From Stylophora pistillata (lineage: Eukaryota), in NCBI RefSeq assembly GCF_002571385.2, contig NW_019217858.1, positions 401,218 through 465,217 of the forward strand: a stretch of DNA of 64,000 bases. Reading direction: 5' to 3'. Of this stretch, positions 9,601-21,600 are shown one piece after another. Position 1 is the first letter of the stretch; every line of letters starts with the position of its first letter. The notes beneath the pieces are model-generated. The model did no database searches. It saw nothing but the letters and a program-made list of their open reading frames with translations, and was not told the origin of the DNA. Made by a program: the position numbers and the translations under genes.

Positions 9601-12600
9601 GTGAAAGTAACTGAAGCGGCAGTCCAGTTGCGGGAAATGGCAATTCCTCTCAAAGTCAAATTCTTACAGCGGCCGATGCAGTCCAGAGCCAAGGCTTTGT
9701 ACTTCTTAATCAACAAGGTGTAATTCCTGTGCAAGGAAACAAAGTGGCTGGCATAGATGCGCTCGTAATGGCCTTTGAGGATTACGGTATAATTCTTGAG
9801 ATGAGATGTCAGGATCGTTGTATAATTGCGAATTGTCGCATTAAGCATCCTTGTATAATTTTGGAATGTAGCGTTAAGGATCTTTGTGTAGTTCTGGAAT
9901 GTTGCATTTAACACATCTGTATAATTCTGTACAGTTACCTGGACAATCTTTGTGTAATTTTGAACTCTTTCTCTCAAGAACCTCGTGTAGTTTTGAACTT
10001 TAGCCTTCAAAATCCTGGTGTAATTCTCGACTTTCGCGGTGATGTTCCTGTAATAGACCTTTCCGATCGCCACAAACTTGCTCGTCATGTTCTTGGCTTC
10101 CAATGTCATATTTCTGATCTGTAGAGAGACATTTTTGGCCAGCTCGATGGTCTTGAACACAGAGTTGTGCTCAACGATTTCGCGGAGCTTCATGGTCTTG
10201 AAGTCTTCAAACTTCACGATCAAAGTTTGGCGTGTTTCTTGCATTTTAGTCTTAATCTTATCTGCCATTACTTCAGCCTTAGTTTTAAGATTTTCCATCA
10301 GTTCTTTGACCTTTTCCGATGCCAACTCGACGGCTTTTCCGAGGTTAACCGAAATGTTTTTGACGACTCCTCGACAACTTACAATCAGTTCCTGGTTCCG
10401 GAGGTCTTCAGTTAGTTCCTGCACGCGTTCGTGATGCACGATGCTTTCAATGGATGTACCTTTAATGGCAGTTTGAGCCTTAGCAAGAGCCTTTTCCAAT
10501 TGCATTTGGGGATCAGCCAATAGACTTTGGATCTCTTTCTTAATCTCATCATACCTGTTCTTCATCATAGCACATCTTCCCTTGATTTCAGCTGGAAGAG
10601 TTACGTTCAGATAAAAGATCGCCTCTTTCACTTTGGCTTCAACTTTGGGTTTCATCGCTTTCAGGAACTCCACGATTTCGTCATACCTCTCAAGAACAAA
10701 TTTTTCAACCATTACATAACGTTGTTTCAGCTGGTGTTTCTGGATAAGCCTCTGGACGTCTTCAAGGGCCATGAATTTTGTATAGCTCTTTCTCAGCTGC
10801 TGCCGTGTTTCGTTCAACAGCTCTAGCGTTTGGTTGAGAGCAAGCGAAGTGATATTTGCAGCTTTTTCGAGGAGTGGAAGAGAGATGTTCTTGGCCTTTA
10901 TAAGGTAGAAGACGGTCTTATTCGCCATAACCTTCACATAAGGATGGAAGATAGCAACAAGCTCTTTCGCAGTAATGAATGTGATGTTAGCGGTTTGGTT
11001 GTAAAGAGCGATTGCCTCTCCAGTAATGTTGATCACAGTCTTGTTCAGTTTGTGCAGCTCCTTCTTCCACTCTTCAAACTTAGCTGTGAATCTTACTTTG
11101 GCATCGTTAATCTTCTCCCTGATCCTATCCTCAACAATCTCTTTGAACTCTTCATATTTGTTCGCTAAGAACACTCTGTTCTCGAGGAACTTGCGTTCTG
11201 CGAGATCGAAAGCTTCGAAATAGAGCTCCTCGAGGGTCTTCTCTTTGTTCTCACTATACCACTTTTTCATAGCTTGAGCGGTTGACTGAACGAAATACAC
11301 AGCCCCATCAGCATACCTCAGAACTAGGACCTTTCCTTGAATGAAGTTGGCCTTAACCAAGGGGACGACAGTTAGGTTTATGTAACGAATTCCTTGAAGC
11401 ACCAGAGCCCTGGTCTTGTTGTAGGCTTGAATAGTAATATTCCGTGTCACATTGTAGACATGTAGGGTGAGGTTGCGTGCCAGATTGGAGTGCTTCAATA
11501 AGTACTGAAGACTCAAGTTGCGTGTGAGATTGTAGTACTGAAGGGAGTAGTTTCGGCCCATGTTGTAGTAGTGAATAGTCAGGTTTAGAGTTGCATTGTA
11601 GTACTGCAAGACCATCATCTTAGTGCGATTGACCAGGACCAAAGTCAGGTTCAGTGCTCTTAGAGTTACATTCTTGGTTTCGTTGTAGAATTTTATCGCA
11701 ATCACAGTGGCATTCTCGTAAAGCTTCAGAGCATGGGCAGTAACATTCTTGTAGACTTGGACTGCATGTAACGTGAAATTACTGTAGAGCTGCCTTGCAC
11801 GTAAGGTGGCATTTTTGTACAGTCGAAGTCCATGTGCTGTGAAATTATTGTATAGTCGCACTGCATGGAAAGTTGCGTTCCCGTAGAATTGAAGAGCATG
11901 AGTAGAAATGTTGCTGTATAGGTTCAGTGCGGGTACGGTTATATTACTGTAGATGGCCAGCCCATGCTTACTTAAGAACTCGTAACTCTTCGTAACTATC
12001 TCCTCATAAGTCATGTTCTCGAGCTTTCTAGCCTTGGTGATCAGGACATTCAATTCACTCAACAGCTTCTCCCGTTGAATTCCGATACCTTGGATGACAT
12101 TTGCTTTAAAGTCTTCATATATTTTTAATAGGAGATTCTTGTAAAGGGTATACAGCCTAAGTCCTTCTTGCTGGTGTTCATTGTACAGCACCAAACTGTG
12201 TTTCTTCAAGATGTTATAAGCTGCGAGGGTCCTGTTGACCGTGATGTTTCTGTAGAGGCATGCCATTTCATACGAAACATTTCGCAATTTACTTTCCCAG
12301 TGAAGGCTTGTATTCTTGGCCATGATTCCATACTTGGTGAAAACTCGCCTACTTTCCTTGGCAAGGGAAATCACTTCCTTCACAAATACTTCTCTTGAAA
12401 CTTTCATGTTGACGAGATCAGTTGCTAGGGTCAAAACACGATTGGCAAGATTCAAGATGTCTCTCAGCTCTTTCTCAATTTTCAGCGAGGCATTTCCAAT
12501 GAAGTCTCTCACAAGAAGTGCTCTTTCTTTGATGTTGAATGCTCGAATGAACTCCACTAGTTGTTTCCACTTGGCTGTAATTTGCAAAGCTTCCAATTTA

Positions 12601-15600
12601 GCTATGACGTCCATTTTGGCCCATGCCGCTTTGATCTTGCCAGAAACATCGATTGCACGCAACTGTTTGATAATGTTTAAGACTTCTGCTGTGACATTTT
12701 TGGCAATCATTTGCAGTTTTTCGATGGAGAGGTTCACAAGTTCATCAGGACGCATCTTCAGAAGCTTTTGCAAGGTTTTGTTCAGAATCATTGCCGAACT
12801 ATTGTAAACCAGAATAGCCCTTCGGCTCAGGTTAAGTCCCAGGCTAAGTGACTCGTTTAAAATCATCTTTGACAGATTGAAGAACTTCATGCCCTTTTCA
12901 ATAGTCAAATCCAAGATCTCTTCAGCTGACTTTTGTGAGTTGTGGCGGATAAAAGCAATCAGAGCCGATATGTTAGTGTAAACGGTGTGGTTAACTAATT
13001 TTAGTGCCTCGGACGCGATGTTCAAGGAAACAAGAACAGCCTTATCCATGACTTGGCCAATAGGAACACGTCGGATAGTGATGTTGCGTACTTTGTACAT
13101 TACCTCGAATGCCTGTGGAATAAGGGGTTTGACAACTGGTTCCAAATATTTAGTAACATTGTTCTTTACGTCAAGAGTGAAATTGCGCACTTGATGGACA
13201 ATCCTAAGTACAATAGGGTAGGCTTTTCTTTCGAATGAAATGGAAACGTCCTTCGCAAACTTAATGAGAGGGAAGCGAGTCTGTAGATCTGAGTAGGCAG
13301 TTAGAATGACCTTCCTAACCTGGATGGTAATGTTTCTGAATTCTTTTGTCAAGTTCTTGGCCAGATGGATAGCTTGAAGGGTGACATTCGTCATCAGCTT
13401 GGGCAGAATCCTTGTCAAATTGTTTGTGAAATTCAGCGCTGTTTGACGCAATAGACAGGCTTTCTTAAAGAGGACCTCTACTTTAGGTCGTAGGGTCTTG
13501 TTAAGCTGTTCGAAATTCTGCAGGAAAGTCTTATTCAGCAGCTTGAAATGCTCCTCGATCGTCTTGTTGAAAACGGTAATGTTGCGAACGCTTGTTGTCA
13601 GGTTCTTTGCAAAGATTGTTACATTCCTAAGTGAACAGGATGCATTGAAGTTGCAAGTGAACTTTTTCATCTCAAGCATGTACTGGTCATAAATGGGGCC
13701 AAGCTTTTTCCCGCGCAATTCAACTTCTCTAAGCCTCACAATTAGCTCGCGAGTTTTGATCTGTACTCTCTCCACGAGTTGCGCGGTTATAATTTGAACC
13801 CTTTGGGAAACACGCTTGGCAATATCACCAACCCTTTCTCCACGCACCATTACTGAATTCGCCATGAGGGATAGATTTTTGGCCCAGCCTTGTAGATCCC
13901 GGCTGATATTCTGGAGATGGATGGTTATATTTCCAATTATGGGAGGAAGCACCTCTCTACGGAGCCGTCTATATGCAACCGTGGCATTCTGGTGAATCGT
14001 ATTGTAAAACTCCGAGGCATTACCGATGATGTGTGTAAAGTTGGCGCTACCAATCATTCTTGTAAGGTTGTTGATAGTATTGTTCAGTGACCTCAGAGTG
14101 ATGTTCAAAAGTCGGAGTGACATGTTGTGAGCCACGCTTGTAATATTCTGCATCAATCCCTTGTAGTTGTAAGTCTTGTATTCAGCGTAAATCTTAAGAA
14201 CGGTAGGCTTGATCTTAGCTTCCAACTTCTTGACAAGCCCTTCGACCTCCTTAGTCAGGTTTTTCGTCATTAGGACAGTCAGGTTGTAGAACCTCACGGT
14301 CACATTCCTGAGTAGGGTCTTAAACACTTGGGCTTGGTTCACCAGAGTAGCTACGGCTGAAGTATTCCACGTGAACGAAATAAGACTAGCCTCAGAATTC
14401 AGGATGTACATCAACCGTGATTCATTTGCTACATTTTCTCCAAGTTTGCGTTGGATCGTAACCTGAAGGCGATTGGCGTTCGGCATTTCTCCCACCACTT
14501 GTCCAGAGATACGAGGCGTGACAGTAACATTAAAAACGATGCTTCTTGAGGCTGGGTTAAATTTAATGAACCATCCTACCTTGTTGTTCTGGTAGCTTAC
14601 AAACGTGCTGGCGACATAGTTCTTCCAGTCAAACCTTCCGGTGAAACCAGCGGTACGATTGAACGCAGAGAAGGTCAAGAAAAGGGACCTCGTTTCGGTG
14701 TCTAGCTTTTCAGTCAAGGTCAGCGTTTGCTTGAAGATGGTTAAGCCTGAGGTGAAGGTCTTAGTGAGTTTATCGTAGTCACAGACAACCCGAAGTGATT
14801 TCTCAAAACCTTTCAAATTGACAGCTATTCCCATGTCGTCCATACTCTTCCAGTTAGCCTCAAAATCCACTGGTGTTCCAGGCAAAACATCTACAGAAAT
14901 TGCTAGTTTTCGGTCTTCTTCAATAAAATCGATCATGTGGTTCCATGTCCTCTTAAAGGCTGAAATCTCCGTTGTGAAGTACAGGCCGCGGTCTTGAGTA
15001 AAGACTCCTCTCACCGTCAGGGGATAAACGGGGAAAATTTCAAAGTGACCTTCATAGTTCCCTGTTTTCCTGTTGAGGTCAAATTGATTTTCGATTTTCT
15101 TGCCAAGAACATCCAAGACGCTGTTGAATGAAAAGCCATTATTCCTGTTCCAGGTAGTCGTCCACGTAAAAGGTTTGCTTGGAATCAATTCCACTCTGAG
15201 ATTTACTGATTTGCGTTGCTTGTACCAAATTAGGGACTGAGTGACCGTTTTGTCGGGCTGATACTCGACGACAAGAGTGTTGGAAAGTTCCTTAGAAGTG
15301 TTTCTGAAAACTCCTGTCACCGAAACTTTCTTGCCTTTAGAATAAATCACAGCGAACCTGCCTTCATGATAAGAATCCTCGGTGTTAGAGTAGTTGTAAT
15401 AAGAAGCATCCCAGCCATGCTCGAAGGAGTAGCCCATCGCTCTAAGATTGTACTGATACCCAAGTTCGTGAGTCTTGTCGGTCTTGGTATAGATCAGTTT
15501 TGCGCTATCTAGGAAAATGCTTTGGCTTCCATTTCGGAGCATGCGGAACGTTAGAAGCTCTTTTACACCAGGTCTCTGGGTGACGTATGCACCTTCCCAT

Positions 15601-18600
15601 TCAGCGACAAAGCGGCCAAGCTGTGCACGATATTGAAGTACCTTACGTTGAGTGTTATTCAAGAACATCAAAGATGATTTCGCTAGAGTAGATTTGTTCC
15701 AAAATAAGTGAACGGCTGCTTCTTTTAGGATCTTTCCATTAAGCCAAACTCCCTCAAAGCCAACATGCTTCTTTAAAACTGTGGCGTTGAATCCAATTGC
15801 TTTCTCGCTGCCATTGCGGAAGTAAAAGGTAGCATCAGCGGATCTGTTCACGATTGTTGTGTTAAAATGAATGCTTTTCAGCTCCGTTGGGTGCATGTAG
15901 CTCATCCAGGATTCAAAGAAAACTGTCTTGTTGAACTTGGCAGTTAAGCGGTTAGCAGTTTCTGTTGGGTTCTTAAACCATTGCGTCTTCAGTTCACCCG
16001 TTCTATTAAGGACCGTCAAGTTTAGAGACATACTCTTCTCCACCGAGCTGTTTGAGAAAACAGCGCAGATTTTCCCATGCGACCGACCAAGGTATTCAGG
16101 ATAAATGCAAGCAGTTTTCTGGGAAGTCAGATTCTTAAAGAATCCGACAAGAGCGACACTGTAATTTTGATAGGCAGCTTGGAGGATGACTTTCTTGTTT
16201 GTCCCCAGTAAGAAGACTTTGCTCAACAGGCTGACGGATTTGTTACAGGAGCTCACGTTTAGAAGCACTCCCAAGTTGGATGGATTACGAAAGTAAACAA
16301 AAGTAGTATTCAAGGTCTTGTTCTTGACTGCAACATTAAACTTGAGTCCCTTTTCGGCCTCAGAGTTCAAAAGCGTCCAGATAGCCTCCATGCTTTGGTT
16401 AACAACTGACGCATTGAACTTGATGGATAGCTCATTCTCATTCTTCAAGTAACTCCATACAGCTTCCACTGTTTTGTTCAAGGTCGAGGCATGGAACTTG
16501 ATGGATCTTTCTTTTTCATCTCTGTAATAACTCCAGGCAGCCTCTACGGTTCTGTTCATTACTGAGGCATTGAACTTGAAAGAATCTTGATGATCGCTCT
16601 TTCTGAGACTCCAGATGGCCTCAACGGTCCTATTGGAGGCGGCCGCATGGAATTTGATCGCTCTCTCGTCATCGCTCCTTACGTAACTCCAGGTGGCTTC
16701 CACAGTTTTGTTCATAGCCGAAGCATTGAACTTTATGGAATGTGCATATTCACCCCGAAGATAGCTCCAGACAGCTTTTACAGTTTTGTTCGAGGTGCAA
16801 GCATGAAATTTAATGGCACGTTCCTCTCCAATCTTCACAAAACTCGAACCAACTTCAATGGTTTTGTTCATGGCGGAAGCGTTGAATTTGATAGATCTCT
16901 GTTTCCCGTCAAAAGTGTAACTGAAGATAGTCTCAGCAGTTCTGTTGAATCCAGTAGCATTGAATTTTATGAACTTCTCATTGGTGAGGTTAACGAAGGT
17001 CCATGCTGTCTCTACCGTCTTGTTCATAGCAGATACGTTGAACTTTAAACTCCTCTCTCTGGCGAAATTCAAGAACGATAAGGTTGTTTCAAGAGTGTTA
17101 TTTAGGCAGTTAGCTTTAAACTTCAATCCCTTTTCACTTGTCAAGTTGAAGAAAGTCCAGGAGGCCTCGACAGTTTTGTTGAGTGCACTGCCTGAGAACA
17201 GCAAACTCTTCTCAGTTCTTAAATTGACGAGAGTCCACGTGGATTTTACGTTCTTATTGGCAAGACTGGCGTCCAATTTCAGATTTTTCTGTTTGTCCGT
17301 ACTTAGCAAGGTCCATGTGGCGTTCATCGTTTTGTTCAGGGCGCTTGCGTTGAAAATTAACTTCTTTTCATTGGGAAAGTCAAGGAAAGTCCAGGACGAG
17401 TTGATGGTCTGGTTTTCTGCGCTGGCTTTAAACTTCAAACTCTTTTCGTTTGCAAGGTTAAGGAAGATCCATGCGGCATCGATCGTCTTGTTAAGAGCAC
17501 TTGCTTTAAAGTTCAAACTCTTTTTGTCTTTCACGCTTGCAAAGATCCAGGAAGAAGCGATGCTCTTGTTGAAAGCAATTGCCTGGAATTTCACGCTCTT
17601 TTCATTTTGCATGTTCAGGAAAGTCAAGGAGGAGTTCATCGTCCTATTTCCACAATGAGACTCAAATCTTAAGGTCTTCTCGGGTCCCAAGTTTAAGAAG
17701 GTCCAAGTAGCATTGTAATTCTTCTTTCCACAGCTTGCGTTGAACTTTAAGCTCTTCTGATGTTCTAAATTCAAGAAGGTCCAGAAGGAATTGATCGTCT
17801 TGTTTCCAAAACTAGCATTGAACTTCAAACTCTTCTCATTTCTCAAGTTAACTAAGGTCCATGTGGCATTGACGGTTTTATTCAGAGCGGCGGCCTCGAA
17901 CTCCAAACTCCTTGCTGTATGGCGGTTGATGACAGTCCAACTTGCCCGGGCTGTTCTGTTGAGGGCGGAAACATTGAAACGTACTCCCTTTCTGTCGCCG
18001 AAATGAAAGTATGACCATATGATCTCGGCCGTCTTGTTCAGGGCAGTGACATTCATTCGTAGTTCTTTCTCTTTCCCTACATTTACGTATGTCCACATAG
18101 CCTCCAGAGTCTTATTCAGAGCCGTCGCGTTGAACTTAATGCTCTTTTCTTGTGTTAAATTATGGAAGGTTAAAACACTTTGGATGGTGTGATTCAATGC
18201 CAAGACTTTAAGTCGCATTCCTTTCTCTGTGGTGAGGTTGACGTACGACCATACCGCCTCGATGGTCTTGTTAAGGGCTGTTGCATTAAACTTCAAGCTC
18301 TGATCATTTGTTAGATTGAGGTACGTTAAGGCTGCCTCCAAGGTCTTGTTCAGGCCAGTAGCATTAAATCGAAGCCCTTGTTCTTGCCCAGCGTTGACGT
18401 ATGACCAAACGGCGTCGACGGACTGGTTAAGGAGGAGTCCCTGAAACTTGACTGCTTTACTTTGTGTCAGATTCAGATACGACCAGACAGCTTCTGCTTT
18501 ACTTCCAAGCACAGTGCCATTTATTTTTAAGGACCTTTCATTGGTCGAGTTGACAATACCTGTGTACCAGCTGATTACACGGTTTTTGTTTTCATGGGTT

Positions 18601-21600
18601 CCAGTGAATTGAATACCTTTCTCTTGCCCAGCCTCGAGATATGATCCACGAAGGGTAAAGGACTGCTGACATGGACGAGCAAACAGGCGGAGGACGCCTT
18701 CTTTCTGAGCTTTGAGATGTCTTCCTGTAAGCTCGATTCCCGCCTTTGTTGGCTTGTTGCTAAAGCTGAAAACAAAATCGTCTTCTTCCTCTCCAAGTTT
18801 TCCATTGAAGCTGATCTTGGTTTGGGTGCAAGTATGATTTGCTAGGAAACTGATGCTCTTCTTTGGGACATTAACTTCTCCAGTTGAAAACATGTACTTG
18901 CCTGGCCAGTAGGTCAAGTTACTGACATATCCATACGCATTTGAATGGTTGTAGAGCTTAGTCAACTGTGTGATGGTGTAATTGCTATATGAAGCGGACA
19001 ACTGGAAACCCATATCTCGATAAGGGCTGTCCACCCCCGAGTTGTTGAAAAAGTGACCATTAACAACGATTGGGTGTCCATAAACAGCGTCCTTTCCAGA
19101 ATACGTGAGATTCACCGCGTGCGTTTTGTTGTTGTAAGTTGCTTTGAACTTGCCAAAATTTAAGCCAAGAGCAGCAGTAGACACACTGAAAAGTTTGCCA
19201 TCCTTTTTAAACCACATAGTTCCATTTGCCTCCAGGTTTCGCTCCCACGTTGCTCCAGGTGTGGAAATTACAGCAATCACATCATATTTGTTATCGTCTT
19301 CAGTTTGCAAGCGTTCTGCTATCAACTGATATTTAGTGAGCTTAGGGTCTGTGCGTGTCATTGAAATACTGAAGGAAGATGGACCAGAAAATGGGAAGTA
19401 CGGTGACTCGTAGTCACGGTAAGCCAAAGGCACAGACAGCTGACTGCAGAACGTAAGTCCAAGTACACGTGTCAAGTTCAGGCAAGGTGCAGGCTGTTGG
19501 AAAGATGAAAACAGGAGTTTTACAATGTGATGAAAAGTTAAAGGGAAATGACAAACCTAGTAATGCATATTAACAATTTCAAAATATTGCTTTTTCTTTA
19601 TTTTTTGGGCGTAAAAGTTTTCCTTAACTCTTACAACAAAAAAATAACTCCTAAATTTTGTCGGATTAAGCTCTACTTCCGGGTAACACATTTTATTTCT
19701 ATCTTATTTCTTAAGAGAGTTCCATCCTACCAGCTGTAGCTTTGCTTTGTTCTAAGCATGTCATGCATCGTCTTAAATAAGTAACAATGCATTAGACTCT
19801 GTCCTTAAATGCTTACCTCAATCCTTCTCGGCGCCCCTTCAATAGCTAATTTCTCGTCGTTGAGAGTAACGAAAAGTGATGACCTACGAGAAAATGAACC
19901 CTTTCAGCCCCAAGAGTGACAAGCATCTAATTTCTGCTCATAGTAATACAGCCGAGTCATTCGTCAAGATCATGAGAATGTAGGAGATGATTGCCAATCC
20001 ATAGAACTTTGATTGGAAAACAAATTCTCCTTGCCAGTTCCAAAAGAAATGTGTAGTTTAGAGGTATAGGGAACATGCATACTGATGTTAAGGTTGTAAA
20101 GGGTTAAAAAAGACTTATCATGTAACACCACAATCATCATTAAGTAAGACTGTGTTTCCTACCACAATGATGGCATCATGAAATGGAAAGATGTCAATAG
20201 AAAAGAAAAGCTTTACTTACGATACGTTGACAAACTGAACAGGTTCCTCTGGGACACCCAGTTCAAATTTCAAGATTTCTCCTTGCGCATATGATGCATT
20301 TCCCTTGAGGTGTGTTACAGTGTACAATGAGGAATTGACAAGGACGCCAGCTTCGGCATACACTGCGCTCACTCCCATACGACCACTCACGTCCACAATA
20401 GCACTACAAAACAAAAATGCCATCGACAAGTGAGACGCGGTTTAGGAAAAAAGACCGCACAATGGGCAACACTGCTGTAAGGCAGATGAACGGTTCCCTC
20501 GACTCCCTGGAAAATCTAATCAATCCTTCATTCTTCAGCTTCCCTTCGTTGTTAACTATGACAACGATGGAGCAAATCCGAAAAAGTTATATATTCATAT
20601 ATAAATACATAAAAACTAAGATCAACCCCTTTAGCGATCGCGCCTTAAATAGCTTGTTAGGAGATTTAAGTAAACATCTTAAGGGTGCAATGCCAGTCCG
20701 TATTTTGTTTTGTCACTCACTTATTTTATCATGTTTTTGGGGAGACTTTACAAAATTACCACTTCAAGTGGACACTTAAATATATTTTAATTTAAGTTTC
20801 ATGTGAGCGAAGGTTTAACATGTCACGAATATGATGCGAGAATCTTTTAAACTTGCTGATTACCAGGCCGATACTAATGATAATCGGTAAAAAAAAAACT
20901 CATCCACTTTAAATCTGATTTAAAACTCAACTTGTCTTTATACAAACACTGCACACTGTCCTCAATTATTTTACCTGGGTTTGACATGCCCACGTATATC
21001 AAAACGCATCTTTCCCCAAAACATGTTCCTGATGTCAAACTTCCCGGCGAGTTCCACTGAGGCCACAGTGGTTCCCTTGGCGCTCATTTTAAGCGGAAGA
21101 CCAAGGATGGTTGGGACAGTAGTCTTAGCGTCCAGGAACATCATGCTTTTACTGAAGCTCTTCTTGCCTCCCTTAGCTAAAGCAATCAAGATGTCGATCA
21201 CGTTGATTTTGTCCACTTCGTCATTCAACCAGCTAATGTCGTCAAAGCTGAGAAGTCTCAATTCGTTACCAAACATTTTCACAGAAACAGCCCCAGATGG
21301 GTGATGCTTACGGTTGTCCATCTACAAAGAAGTAACGAAATATGAATTCTTTGAAATGAAAAATCCAAGGTTTTTTCAGGCTTTAGACAAGATGTCGTTA
21401 ACAAACGAAGATGAATAACGAAACGTGACAAAAACTGATCGATTTTATTGACAAAAATTTAATTCAGTGCACTGGAACACAATCATGAAAGAAAAGAAAA
21501 ATTTAAAAAGGGGTTAAAAATGAGAAATCTGACATATGAATTTAAGATCTAGTCAATCTCCAAGCTATCATCTAAGATCACACTTTGTTGAAAGTTTTTT

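Noticed and set aside
16203-18542. Regular periodicity suggesting a CRISPR-like array
   Set aside because: It is protein-level 78-nt periodicity within a eukaryotic exon, with no constant repeat/unique spacer structure.
6024-19329. Many plus-strand and alternate-frame ORFs over exon 15 (e.g. 16945-17658)
   Set aside because: Antisense shadows of a codon-biased, repetitive coding exon.
6045-19475. The 4,476-aa ORF as a standalone gene
   Set aside because: It starts at TTG and is bounded by splice sites; it is exon 15 of the larger gene.
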